DNA of 64,000 bases. It comes from Octopus vulgaris (taxonomy: Eukaryota). Every line of letters begins with the position of its first letter. Position 1 is the first letter of the stretch. The position numbers were made by a program, and so were the translations under genes. Positions 38,596 to 52,190 of the stretch are shown in pieces. The stretch lies in assembly GCA_951406725.2 (NCBI GenBank), contig OX597817.1:103602001-103666000 (forward strand), in the 5' to 3' direction. Below the pieces are notes generated by a model. The model did no database searches. It was given only the letters and a program-made list of their open reading frames with translations, and was not told the origin of the DNA.

Positions 38596-41454
38596 CATGT
38601 ATGTATGTATGTATGTATGTAGTAATAAACAGTCAACAACTGAGGAGGAATTAAACTTCCTTTGGTATTTTGTCCTGTACTTATCTCTATATATTTACGT
38701 ATTTTTCGCTCGCTTGTGATGACCTGCACTTAATGTGTGTTTTTAGTTATTTATAATTGAACGCCATGCAGCCTCTGTCAACAGTAAGTTTTTACTTTTA
38801 TATATAATTTCTGAGACTCCGCATTCTATTCTCTGTCTATTTTCTTTCTTTCTCTCTATCCCTCTATAATTCTTTTTCTTACCTCCTTCTTTGTTGTCTC
38901 CGTCTATCTTTCTTTGCTTCTCCCTTCTCCTCACGCCCTTCGCTTCTTTCCTTTCTTCTCTCTCTTGTCCCCCTTCCCCTCTGCCTGTTGATCACACATG
39001 ACTACAAGCCATTTTCCCTATCTTTCTGTCTCATTTTGGATTGGACGTCCAGCCAGCTGGACGTAATTTCTCTCGCCCTCGATATTTTTTCTTTTCTTCT
39101 ATTTTTTTCTCTTCTATTTATTCTATATCCTTTCAAAATTTCTCCCATGCGTTACCCATTACAATTCAGCCCTTAATGTCTATCTTCGTCGTTTGTTTAC
39201 TATGTACGTTCACTCTCGTGTCGTTTGTTCGTTCGAAGCCCTAACTCTCCATATATTTTATATTTTAAAAATTTCTGGATGCTGATATCTTATGAAATTT
39301 TCTTGTCTTATTGTTGAAAGCTCAAAACAGGTAGTTATAAACAGTCGACAATTGCGGAGGAGTTAGACTTCCTTTGGGGTTAAAGGACACAGCAAAGCCT
39401 CAAAATAACACAGCGAGTTTTTCATCCAAACAGTTCGACCGAAGATTCTAGAAGCTGACTTACAGCTATAAAAAATTCGACCATAGGCCAGTGATCCGCT
39501 AGGCCGTCTAAGGGAATCTATGTTACTTTCCCCCCACTTTCAGTTTTCTTACATAACATGTCTCGAAAAAAGGTACCAACGTTAACATGTAGTATCCAGC
39601 AATGTTCATTAATCACTTGCCATGATTTAACTCCTTGCTCTACTTTAATAATATTATCCAATAAATTATGTGCAAAAAGATTCCTAACTGTTATGTTCAT
39701 TGAACGTTGTTCCATAATTTATTGGATGTACATTTGTAAATATAACGATAGAGTGATCATTATGTACACATGCAACCTAACACATATGGTGAACAGTCAG
39801 TGAATGATATATGATTAACTATTACACTACACTTCTCATAAAACATTACCTCTTTAAAATATTTTTTTACAACCAATGTATACATTAATATTAATAAAAG
39901 ATAAAATTAATAAAGATATCCCAGAAGGAAGGTAATCAGAAAACCTTCACCTCGTGATATGAAGTATTAGAATTAAAAGTGAAAATAAAGTATTTGAAGT
40001 AAAACTAAAAATACATTTAAATAAACGAGGTTTATTACAAGCTAAAATTTAAAATTGAACTTCAAAAATTGATAGATTAAAGTATGCTACATATTTTTTG
40101 AAACGTAAAATTATATTCCAAATTAGTTTTCGATTTTCTATTGTTGGTAAATATTTGGGGAGCAGTACAGAAATATATATATATTTTTTTTTTGACAACG
40201 ACAATGCAAATATTTTTATTATCAACCGTAAGATGAATAATAGTTCTTGCCCTAAAACTCAAACAGCCAAGAGAATTTCTAGTTTCTTTAAGGGTTGTTT
40301 GCTTTAAAAAAGTAAACCACACAAACAATGAGCTTACCATTTATCTTCCTCCTCCTCCTTCCTACTCACCGTAATACGATAAAATATGTCCAGCTCTTCC
40401 ACCAACTATTGTCATGGTGAACATCTGAAAAGTGAAACAGAAGTATAACTGTTGCGATCAAAATTACACTAACTGTGCTTCTGTATGCATGCGCATGTGT
40501 CTATATATATGTGTGTAGAAGTGAGACACGTGTGCTTCTCAATAGTTGTCTTAACTTATCTAAATGAAGCATTTTCCATTGCAAGTGCTCGGTAATGAAT
40601 TCAAAATTAAGTTTGAATCACGGCATACATAAATTTCTATTAAGAAAACAAGACAGAATAGCGAAAGATTCCTCATCATTTGTTGACTGAGGAAGCGTAT
40701 TAAGCGTACTCAATAGAGAAGGAGTACAATACAGACCTCTGAATGCAAAAAATATTTCCCTATTTTTTATTTTACTAAGCAATTCCGACACATGGCAGAC
40801 AACGAAGTAAGTTCAACAACGTCTTGTATATTTAACACCCCATCGAGCAATATCGCTATCTTTGGGACTGACTCAAATACTGCTTTTATAATCGAAGCCT
40901 GGTAACATATAATTCCCAAAGAAAAGACGAGATGACTTATTTCCTAAATCTTCAACAAAACATTACCTAGACAGACAAAAGGCAGCTTGAATATGGACGG
41001 AATGCCTTTAATAAAAGTCCTGACTACATAATCATTTATTCAGACAAAGATGGTTCTCATTTCCGCCTCACTCTCCCCGTATTCAGTAGTCTCTTTCAAT
41101 GACAACTGGTTCCTCACAAACCAAAGTAGAACTTACTACGAGGTCATATATGCTTCTAGTAGTAACGGCCAAATCTTCAAACTATACACCTTACAGTCTT
41201 AAAAATCAAACTATGTATAATGTAGTTTTTGATATGCTATTGCTGAGAAAAGGAGTAGATGATCACAACTTGAATACTTTTGGTCATAAGTCTTGATCGG
41301 CGTAAATTTGATGCTAAACAACAAACAACTGATCAACTCTCTCTCTCTCTCGCATGTATGCATGTGTATGTGTGTGGAGTGTATATATATATAAAATATA
41401 CTATTCCGTGATAGTAAGATCAACAAAAAAGTACTCCATCTGGTGAGAGATATT

Positions 41455-41805
41455 ATTTAATAGACACGATACATGTTTTTATGAGCTACTAATAGCACAT
41501 ATTTTGAGAACATATGTTGAGAAATACCTCAAACATATTCATCAGGCACAAACTACACGTCAATGAACTAAAAATTGAATGAGAGAAGAACCACAAAAAG
41601 TTTTACCTTTTTTTACTTTTTCGTTTTTCTGTTTTTAATCTTCCACGTTTTCTATATGCTACCTTCTCAACTTTTCATGTTTCTTTTCTCATTCAATTTT
41701 TAGTTCATTAAGATATATGGTTTGTGCCTGATGAATATATGTTTTAGGTATTTCTCAACATATGAAACTATCAGTAGCACAAAAAAGATGTATTGTGTCT
41801 ATTAG
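41455..41805. mobile_element. Family C hammerhead element, head-to-head inverted pair
   Basis: 41455-41605 is the reverse complement of 41668-41805. The + copy is intact and the - copy has a disrupted GAAA. Confidence 0.75.
41721..41783 (+). ncRNA. Type I hammerhead ribozyme with apparently intact core
   Basis: tttgtgc-CTGATGA-at atatgtt...aacatat-GAAA-ct atc ag-TA-gcacaaa (7-bp stem I). Confidence 0.82.
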
Positions 41806-42094
41806 ATATATATATATATATATTCATTTATTTACATACACACACGCACGCGCTCTCTCTCTCACACACACATACACGCTCACACACACACACGTTCATA
41901 CACACACATGCGCTTGCATTTGGATTTTAAAATAAGACTGAATTTAATATGAATTCTCTTTTATAGCCAGTAATAACAATTTGATTTCAATTATTCTACA
42001 AGCTGAGTAAAAGGGAAAATTGAAATACAATACTTTTCTAATACACACACACACACACGCACGCACGCACACACACACGCACACACGCACACAC

Positions 42095-42815
42095 ATTGGT
42101 TTAAAAAAAGCCTCCGCGCATTTTTGACACGACCAATTTGAGGATACCTATTGAATACTTACGATAAAATAAGCATTAATTTTTACATTCTAATGTTTTT
42201 ATTCTTTCTCTGTAGATTAATTTCTACCACAGTGGCTAAATTCTTCGTATCGATTTTATCCGTATAAAATGAGTTTATATCAGACTCATATGCAACAGAA
42301 GCGGCAAGAAATATTCGTTTTGTCTATGGAAATGAAGCTTTAAATGTCTGGACAAGCCAGCGATGGTTTGATCAGTTTCGCTCGGGAAATACATTTCACG
42401 CAGGGACGGCCAAGTTCTGTCAATATTGAGTTTCTTAAACACTCAATTGAAGAAAGTTCAAAGGAAGCTACACGAGAGTTAGCAAAGCAATTCAATTTAA
42501 GTCACACTTAAATCATAAAATACCTTCAAGAACTAAGAAAAGTGCCTAAACTTGGTCAGTGGGTTCCTCATCATCTAATTACTTCTCAACTTAATCTATG
42601 AATTGCCCTCTGCTCATCATTGATGAGTAGTCTTGCCACCGAACCTTTCTTGAGTAGAATCCACACAAGTGATGAAAAGTTGATTCTCTATAGTCATATC
42701 CAATGTAAAAGAATTCATCCCTAAATCAGGACTTCACCCGAAAATGTTATGCTCTGTGTTTGTCGGGATATGAAGGATACTGCTTATCAAGAAATATTAA
42801 ACCAAAACGAGACAG
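42095..42815 (+). mobile_element. Mariner transposase 5' relic, truncated by a SINE
   Basis: Reads ATEAARNI..VYGNEAL...QRWFDQFRSGN, GQWVPHHL, IHTSDEKLILY, VMLCV. Confidence 0.88.
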
Positions 42816-42819
42816 TTAA

Positions 42820-43210
42820 TCGTAGCTGTGTGGAAAGAAGTTTGTTTCCCAACCACATGGTTCTGGGCTCGGTCCCACTGCGAGGCACCTTGAGCAAGTG
42901 TCTTCAACTATAGCCTCGGGTTGTCCAAAGCGCTGCGAGTGGATTTGGTACATGGAAACTGAAAGAAGCACGTCGTATGTATATGTGGGGTATTGGGTGT
43001 GTATGTGTCTATCCCCTACCACTGATTAACAATTGACGTTGGTGTGCTAATATGCCTCTGTAACTTTGCGGTTCGGTAAAAGAAACCGATAGAATAAGTA
43101 CCAGGCTTACAAATGAATAACTACTAGAGTCGATTCGTTCGGCTTAAATACTTCAAGGCAGTGCATCAGTATGGCCGCAGTCTAATTACTGAAACAAGTA
43201 AAAGATAAAA
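42820..43210 (+). mobile_element. tRNA-derived CORE-like SINE
   Basis: gtagctgtgtgg...ggctcggtccc head, ccttgagcaagtg core motif and gccgcagtctaattactgaaacaagtaaaaga tail. Confidence 0.85.
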
Positions 43211-43913
43211 GTTGAAAGATAGAAGACCAGTGGTGATTGTTGCGCGAATGCATATTACTTTAGAAGACAAGCGTATGTTTTATTTCTGTTTATATGTGTC
43301 TGTGTGAATGTGTTCCAAATGTATGTCATTGTGTGCTAGAACTTCAAATAGACTATTCCTGGAATATTTTGTAAATTTTCGTTTAACCACTAATCGACTG
43401 TATTTGGAGATTCTTGTTGAATCACAGCACTTTAAAGCTTTTATGAAAATCTATTGTTACCCTCTGCACTTCTGGTAACACTGTGTAACACGATTTTTGT
43501 CTTTAGGTAGCAACTGTTTGTTCCTATTATTCGAAAGCATGAAAAATTGTGAATATTTCCTTCAAACTTTGCTTTTCTTATGATAGATATTTATTCAAGC
43601 CCCAACGAAACCCTCTCAATACATAGCTACGATGCTTCCCGTACTCCTGCCTATTATCAGAAGTGCACTTATTGTCGGCCCCTAAAGGACATGCTCAAGT
43701 GATTAAGCTCAAGCAACTGACAAGCAAATCTGTGGTATTGAGCAGAATATTTGCTATAACGATATTTCTGCTTCGGCAACTTATCGCTGAAATGCTGTGG
43801 AAAATAGGTCAGTTTCAAATAATTGATGTCGAAATCACAAAGGCAAAGTCTGAAGGGAATAGTAGTCATTTCCTTTGATTTCTAGATAAAAACAAGTAGT
43901 CAATAACACTTAC

Positions 43914-43952
<39 letters not shown>

Positions 43953-44668
43953 GGTAAAACGATCAGCCACCTTTTATATATGGATGACCTAAAACTATAC
44001 GTTGCAAATGACAAACAGCTGGAAACACTATTAAAGACAGTTCATGGATTTACCAAAGAAATAGATATGAAATTTGGATTAGAAAAATGCGCCAAAGTAA
44101 CCATGAAAAGAGGAAAACTAGTTAAGAGTAGCAACATCACACTAGATAAAACCAATGAAATAAAAGAATTAGACCAAAGCCAAACTTACAAATACTTAGG
44201 AATCCATGAACTAGATAAGACACAACACACACAAATGAAAGAGAAAATAAAAAAAGAATATTATAGACGAGTTAGATCAATACTAAAAACAGAGCTGAAT
44301 GCTAAAAACAATATAATAGGTATTAACACTTTAGCTGTCCCAGTTATAAGTTACAGCTACAATATCGTTAACTGGACACTAAATGAACTGACCAAAATAG
44401 ATAGGAAAACAAGAGAAATAATGACAGGATCTAGGATGCATCACCCAAAATCTGACATAGAAAGACTATATATACAACGTATAGAAGGTGGTAGAGGCCT
44501 TATACAGTTAGAAAACTACTATAAAATAACCACCTGCAAAAATATCTACTTCAGAAGGAAGGAAAACTGATACAAATAGCGGCAAAACACGAGCAAAACA
44601 AAAAACTGTTCTCAGTATTTAAGAAAGCTGACAAATACAAACAAGAAATCATACCACCTAATAAATAT

Positions 44669-44770
44669 GAAGAAGAAGAAGAAGAAGAAGAAGAAGAAGG
44701 AGAAGAAGAAGAAGAAGAAGAAGAAGAAGAAGAAGAAGAAGATGAAGAAGAAGAAGAAGAAGAAGAAGAA
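44669..44770 (+). repeat. (GAA)n tract inside the LINE ORF
   Basis: 102 nt, in frame, encoding almost pure poly-Glu. Confidence 0.95.
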
Positions 44771-45643
44771 ACAACAAAAGCTATAAAACAAATGAAATCC
44801 AAACTAAAACTAGAACAGCAAAGAACCATGATAAAACGATGGCAAGAAAAGCCCCTTCATGGTAAATACTGGACTAAATTAAATGCAAAAGAAATAGACT
44901 AAGAAAAAATCCCAGCAATGGTTGAGAAGCTCAGGATTCAAAGCAGAGACAGAGGGATATTTAATTGCAGCACAAGACCAAAGCCTCCCCACCAGAAATT
45001 ACCAAAAACATGTAATGAAAAGAAATATAACAAGTAACTGCAGAACATGTGGAGATGGACAAGAAACAATAAATCATATTATCTCTGACTGCCCAGTCCT
45101 GGCTAAGAAGGAATATATTCACAGACATGACAGAGTTGGAACCTATATACACTGGAAGCTGTGCCAACATTATGGAATAACAACAGAAAAAAGATGGTAT
45201 AGGCACACACCAGAAAAGGTCACAGAAAACGAGAAAGCAACCATACTCTGAGATATGCCGATACACACAGATAGAGAAATTAAGGCAAACAGACCAGATA
45301 TAGTTGTCAGAGATCATGAAGGAAAAAAATGCTTTCTAATTGATGTATCAATACCGGCAGATGACAACGTTTCTCTAAAAGAAATGGAGAAACTTTCAAA
45401 ATACAAAGACCTGGAAATAGAGGTAACCAGAATGTGGAATCTAAAAACAGAAACAATTTCTATCATAGTAGGTGCATTAGGCATGATAAAAAAATATTCA
45501 GACAAATACATAATAAAAACACCAGGACTTACAAACACATATAACATACAGAAAATTGCACTGCTAGGCACTGCACACATCCTACACAGAACACTTTCCA
45601 TACAATAACCATCAGAGCATCACAACAAATCACAGCACATACC

Positions 45644-45864
45644 TATTTCTTTATTACCCACAAGGGGCTAAACACAGAGGGGACAAACAAGGACAGACAT
45701 AGGTATTAAGTCGATTACATCGACCCCAGTGCGTAACTGGTACTTAATTTATCGACCCCGAAAGGATGAAAGGCAAATTCCGCCGAGGTCGACTTTGCCT
45801 TTCATCCTTTCGGGGTCGATAAATTAAGTACCAGTTACGCACTGGGGTCGATGTAATCGACTTA
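45644..45864. mobile_element. SINE-derived insertion with an internal perfect inversion and 10-bp target duplication
   Basis: AGCACATACC at 45634-45643 and 45865-45874. 72-bp inverted arms at 45706-45777 and 45794-45865. Homologous to 51916-52190. Confidence 0.85.
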
Positions 45865-45933
45865 AGCACATACCCAAGGCACACAGAGCTGCACTCGGTA
45901 GTGAAGTGAAAGCACGATATAAAAAATATACTA

Positions 45934-46004
<71 letters not shown>

Positions 46005-46443
46005 TAAGTAGCGGGACCCGTGAATATTTCACGGGAATTAATGGTAAACCTATTGGGTTATGTCTGAAAACGTTATCCAAAAATCCTGAAAGCGTAGTCT
46101 GTATGGAAAGATAGTCGCTCATCTGCTACTGATTGATAACTGAAAGAAATTGGAATACGATGATAAGTTAATGCACTTTACATACACACTTTATGCAGTT
46201 TTATAGATTTAATACACAGCACTCATAAAATAACTCTTATTTTTCTATTTTTCCCATAAGCAAAAAAATATCGCCGTACATATGATACAACCTTTACTTA
46301 TATTGCGCATATCTGCCACGTAAATAAACGTGAATATTTCACGGAATTGCACTTATGTGCATGCGTTAAGTGATAGGTGATATAAAAGAATTAGTTCAAT
46401 TATAAAAAAAATACACTTTTCACTATTCACTCACCAGCGCCAC

Positions 46444-46517
<74 letters not shown>

Positions 46518-46783
46518 TCTCTCTCTCTCACCCTGCTCACTGCCTTTAACCTCATCATCACAATATCACCCTTATGTTAACATTATATTTTCAACTCTGC
46601 TCCTCTATGTCACTACCTTCAACTAACTTTTTTAACCATGTAATATTACATTCCCTCTACCTCACGTCTTGGGCGTGTCTCTCTCCCGCTTTTTATGTCT
46701 CCCTCTGTTCGTTCACCCTTTCCTTCTCTAATCACGTGAAAGCGTTACCGACGAGCCAAGTAACAAGCAGAATTATTATAAGA
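46005..46783 (-). mobile_element. Probable non-autonomous Helitron
   Basis: Minus strand starts A|TCTTATAATAAT and ends with hairpin cccgtgaa-ata-ttcacggg, then gctactta (CTAG degenerate). Confidence 0.5.
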
Positions 46784-47244
46784 TTGTGTTATATAGTGAT
46801 AACAGGTACAAAAGAAAATCTTTAGCCTGAGTATAAGAGCTGGCTACATGCATGCATGAATGGATGCATGCACTCTTCTATTTTTAATTATTTGTAGTTT
46901 TCCTATCGGGAAGAAGGTGGTTTCTGACCAAAAATACAAAGCTCCATCGTTGTTATATGTTGAACTTGCGAAAAGTTTTGCATATTTTTACTGCTACGCT
47001 TACAGATTGTATTTGTAAATGTGCGCGTTGGCTGTTTCACTGTTTTCTTCTTTTTTTTCTTTCTTTTTGGAAACCCTAACTTGTTCTGTCTCTTAGGCAT
47101 TTTCTAACAAAACCAAGAGCAACAATTATATTGATATAAATGTGATAGTTGTTATCGCATCAGATGGGTAGCTGATCTCTATGCCGGTAGGTACTTTCCT
47201 TGCCTGTTCCAAACAACGATATTCGACCTCTTTTGTTTGCACTT

Positions 47245-47625
47245 TACTCTTTTACTTGTTTCAGTCATTTGACTGCGGCCATGCTGGAGCATCGCCTTTA
47301 GTCGAGCAAATCGACCCCACGACTTATTCTTCGTAAGCATAGTACTTATTCTATTGCCGAACCACTAGGTTACGGTGACGTAAACACACCACCATCGGTT
47401 GTCAAGCGATGTTGCGGGGACAAACACAGACACACACACACATATATATACATATATACGACAGGCTTCTTTCAGTTTCCGTCTACCAAATGCACTCACA
47501 AGGCTTTGGTCGACTCGAGGCTATAGTAGAAGACACTTGCCCAAGGTGCCACACAGTGTGGATGAACCCGGAACCATGTGGTTCGTAAACAAGCTACTTA
47601 CCACACAGCCACTCCTACGCCTACA
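47245..47625 (-). mobile_element. tRNA-derived CORE-like SINE
   Basis: Family match to the other copies. Confidence 0.87.
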
Positions 47626-49171
47626 ATTCTACTTTGTAGAATGTTTTATTAGAATCTTCCGCCAACATTTCTTGTGTTGATGTTTATGCATGTACTCAAT
47701 AACTGGGGGATTCTCTATATTTATCTCAGGACAGTCATTTTCGCCATGTCGCATTGAGTGATAATACCTTGATGATATTTGTGAGCTGCTACCCCTACAT
47801 GTGTTATGTCTACAAAAATATGACAAATCGACGTTTTCGGTTGCATCTTCGGGCTCCAAAGACTTCACTGTCCCTTTTGTTCGTTAAATATTTTTAGCAG
47901 CTTCCTCTTATTGGATCGTAAACGCATAGTCTTCAAAATGTGATGTAGCAGTCTCCGGTCCGCAGTGGGGTGCGTAGCCAGGTTCTAATGTTAGGGGGAG
48001 CGAGCGCATAAAAAAGGCGCCATGACACATGCCAAATAATTTTTAACTCGTTGATATATTTTTTTTTTTATAAAAGGCACCAATTTTTTAAAATGTACTC
48101 GGCGTGGAGTGGTTGCTCTCCTTGCTTCCCTATTAATTACACCACTCATGTCGGTATTAGTGTCATGTTCGAGTCTTCGGGAAACATACTTATACATTCT
48201 TTTTTTTTTTTTGTAAGTTGAGTGTTTCACATCCAGGTTTTCTCTGAGTTATGCAAGTCCAGTTGTTTTAATAGAGCTCACTGCCAACTTGTGGGATGGT
48301 ATTCTCTTTGTATATCAGTATTAGGTTTATATATTTACTATTGCTACTGTTGTTTAGCAGATGCTGTCTGAGTGATACTATATGACATATGAAATTTGTC
48401 TGTACTAATATCAAGCCTCTAACTCTTTCATCTCTTTTTATGTAGAGCCTACTGAAATCGTGGTTTCTGTGAATGTTTTCTGTTGATGTCAGGATCTTTC
48501 AGAGTTTAATGTCTACAGAATGAATTTCCTCTAAAGACTTACTCACAGGGCCGGTCCCAGGAATTTTTCGAATGGAATACAATTCCTGGAGAAAAGGGCG
48601 TAGTAACATTACTTAGAAGAGCGTACTTCTTTTTTCCAGAGGGACACGTTCCCCTTACCCCACCCCACGGTCCTCATCTGACTCAAGCATCCGAAATATT
48701 AGTATTAGCACTGGTACTTCAAATACTTTGAGGGATATTGTCGTGTCGTAAGGTTGTCTTTTTTTCTCTAATTCTCGAGTAATATTCCCGGGTCACTCTT
48801 AATTCACAGCACCTTCCTATGATATATTTTCATCAATACCTAGTTTTTTGTAGTGTTCTTTGTGTGGAACAGGAAAGATAGAGAAACCGTCGATGTACAT
48901 GTTTTGAGTTTGGGTGATTGATTGTCCAAGTTCAGCAATCAAATACGAACACTACTTTTGGCCAAATTCTAGTCATGTCACCAGAAACAGTCGTTATTAA
49001 CCCTGTTTTTCTTTTTCTTCTTTTTCTTTTTGGCATTGTCAACACTTTTAACATAAATCTTCAAGTTATGCACAAAATAATTATGGATTACATTGGCATC
49101 TCTAGCAGTTGCAAACCCTAGCATGTAGCCACTGGATTTTTGTAAACGAAATATGTATGTATGTATGTTTG

Positions 49172-50779
49172 CTCTGCCACAGGATCTTCATGACGCCGTC
49201 ATCATAACCCTGTACAAGAACAAGGGTGAAAAGTCTGACTGCTCCAACTACCGGGGAAACACCCTACTCTCCATTGCCGGCAAAGTACTTGCCAAGATCC
49301 TGCTCAATAGGCTAGTACCAACCATCGCTGAAGAAAACCTCCCCGTGAGCCAGTGTGGTTTCAGAGACAACAGATATGGTGTTCGTCCTTCGCCAACTCC
49401 AGGAGTGCCGAGAACAAAACAGGGGACTCTATGCTATTTTTGTCGACCTCACAAAAGCATTTGACACAGTGAGCAGGACAGGACTATAGCTCATCCTGGA
49501 ACGACTTGGCTGGCCCACCAAGTTTCTACAGATGGTGATCCAGCTGCACGAGAATCAGTGTGGTCAGATCAGACTCAATGGTGACCTGTCGGAGCCCTTC
49601 TCCATCTCCAACGGCGTGAAGCAGGGTTGTCCTGGCACTGGCTCTCTTCAGCATGATGATCAAGCATGCAACTGAAGATATGGAGGATGAGGATGGGGTG
49701 TATGTTAGGTATCGTCTGGATGGCAGCCTCTTCAATCTACGGCGCCTCGAAGTCCACACCAAAACCCAGGAGAGGCTGATCCGAGACCTTCTCTTCGCAG
49801 ACGACGATGTCCTTGTCGCCCACACAGGGCGAGCTCTGCAGCGCATCACGTCCTGCTTTGCAGACGCCTCGCGGCTCTTTGGCCTGGAGGTCAGCCTCAA
49901 GAAGACGGAAGTACTTCACTAACCTACACCCCAAGAGGATTACCGCCCACTCCACATCACTATCTGCAGTACCGAACTGAAATCAACTCAGCAGTATACA
50001 TACCTGGGCTGCATCATCTCATTCGATGCAAGGATCGACAAAGAAATTAAAAAAGACTCTCTAAGGCAGGTCCTTTGGCAGATTGTACAAACGTGTTTGG
50101 CACAATGATAACTTGAAGAACAAAACAAAGATCAGTGTCTACAAGGCCGTGGTTTTCACCAATCGTCTCTGTGGCTCAGAGACCTGGATCACTTACCGCA
50201 GTCACATCCGTCTCCTCGAGCGCTTCCACCAATGATGTCTCCGCACCCTCCTCAACATACACGGGTGTGACCTCGTCACAAACATTGAAGTCTTGGAGCG
50301 GGCCGAGATACCCAGCATTGAAGCCATGCTACTGAAGTTCCACCTCCGATGGGCAGGGCATGTCTCCAGAATGGAGAACCATCGCCTTCCTAAGATTACC
50401 CTGTTTGGCGAACTCTCCACCAGCCACAGAGTGAGAGGAGCTCCGAGGAAGCGCTACAAAAACTGCCCCAAGAAGTCTCTAACAGCTTGTCATATTAACC
50501 ACCAATGCTGGTCAGACCTGGCTGCGGACCGTGATGTCTGGCGCCACACGATCTTCAACGCAGTCAGCAAGTTTGAGGAACAAAGAAGAGACGCGCTTAA
50601 AGACAAGAGACGCAGGAGGAAGGCGCGAGCCACCTCTGACACCACACCGGATGTTACCTTCGTCTGTGTACACTGCTCACTGACCTGCCTTTCCTATATC
50701 GGACTTGTCAGTCATGAGCGTACATGCACGCAACGTGGACAGCCTTCGTTTGCGAAACCGAGCCATGATGAAGATATGG
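49172..50779 (+). mobile_element. RTE-clade LINE, 5'-truncated, GC-rich, with 18-bp TSD
   Basis: Reads LYKNKGEKSDCSNYRG, SQCGFR, FVDLTKAFDTV, LLFADD, WAGHVSRM, C-terminal CxxC..HxxxC. TSD tgtatgtatgtatgtttg at 49154-49171 and 50780-50797. Confidence 0.95.
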
Positions 50780-51416
50780 TGTATGTATGTATGTTTGTAT
50801 TATGAATGTATGTATGTGTGTGTGTGTGTGTACGTGCGTGCGTACGTGTGTGTGTTTGCGCGTATATGTTCTGATATAGCTTGACAAAAACATTTGGATT
50901 TTGGCTGAAGTTAGCCGCGAAAACTTGACAAAAAAATCAAACGTTTCTATTTGGGAGTCACTTTTGCATAGATAAATATCTAATAGTCAAGTGATTACAT
51001 AAATTCTTAAGATTATATAATTTCCTAAGATATATGTTGAAGTTGGTATCTATAGCAATCATAAACTTAACATAAAGTGACGCAGTCGGAAAAATTGATA
51101 TTATTTTCCCTGGGATTTTTTTTACGTTTACACCGATAGGCATTACTACAGCAACATGGCAGAAGCTAATTTTCAGACCCCAATTTACGGTAAAGTTAAT
51201 GTGTTTGAAATTGTTTGTTGTTATTTCGTAAAAGGAAAATGATTTATTGTAAATGGCTACTATCGTCGTAACAATGTAGTTTGGATCCCGTGAATAATTC
51301 ATTTTCTGAAATTTATTATCAAAGAACTATCAAGTATGACTGTTCTACTATTTAAACAGGATCTAAGCAACCCTGTATATACTTATGACAGACAGAAGAA
51401 TTGGGTTTCACTCGGG

Positions 51417-51888
51417 GGTAAATATTTCGTAAAGGACCCGTTCGTACCTCGGTGTGAAATAACTTTTTTCCACGTGTTTTTTCGAGTGTATCCAACGCAT
51501 TTGACATCTTAAATCTGCCGCAAGCCACTTTTTTCTGGAAAAGAAAGGGGGAGGGGGGGAGTTTTGTTTCGCGGGTTTTTGTTTTTCTTTTCCTGGTTAT
51601 TTCGCATACCTTCAACGAATGTCACATCGAAATCATGCGTAAACAACTCCTTTCCCTAGAAAAAGAAAAGATTTGGCTGCTATTTCTAGCACGCCCTAGT
51701 ACTACGTGACAGCTATTTGCGGTAAAAGACCCGCCGATATTTCGCTGTAAGAACATTTTTTTACCTCTCCCCTCACTTTCTTTTCTGGAACAAAGTGGCT
51801 TGAGGCGGGTTTGGAGATCAGATATGTTAAATGCACTCATATGTTAAATGTGGGAAAATATTTCACACCGAGGTACGAAATATTTACC
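51417..51888. mobile_element. Non-autonomous TIR element (MITE)
   Basis: ggtaaatatttcgta...cctcggtgtgaaata versus tatttcacaccgaggtacgaaatatttacc. Confidence 0.78.
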
Positions 51889-51915
51889 TTTTTTAGCACC
51901 AGGCATTGTTACAAT

Positions 51916-52190
51916 GCACTGGGGATCGATATAATCAACTTAATCCGTCTGTCTGTCCTTGTTTGTCTCCTCTGTGTTTAGCCACTTGTGAGTAGTAAAA
52001 AAATAGGTATTTCGTCTGCCTCTACGTTCTGAGTTCAAATTTCGCCGAGGTCGATTTAGCCTTTCATCCTTTCGGGGCCGATTAAATAAGTACTAGTTAC
52101 GCACGGGAGTCGATGTAATCGACTTAATCCCTTCCCCAACATTTGAGGCCTTGTGCCTCCAGTGGAAAGGACTATCTCGTACGCAACGAA
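51916..52190 (+). mobile_element. SINE of a second family (cctttcatcctttcgggg motif); degraded relatives near 1885-2090 and 3330-3480
   Basis: B-box-like gagttcaaatt, then cgccgaggtcga...gtcgatgtaatcgactta. Confidence 0.75.

Larger units (their letters stand above)
43951..45937 (+). mobile_element. R4/Dong-like RLE LINE, 5'-truncated at the RT (young, few lesions)
   Basis: Reads ISHLLYMDDLKLY, YKYLG, RLYIQRIEGGRGL, CRTC..ETINHIISDC, RHD, RPDIV, KYKDL. (AAT)n at both 43914-43950 and 45938-46002. Confidence 0.96.

Noticed and set aside
42820-42890. tRNA-like A/B boxes
   Set aside because: These are SINE heads without a full cloverleaf, not tRNA genes.
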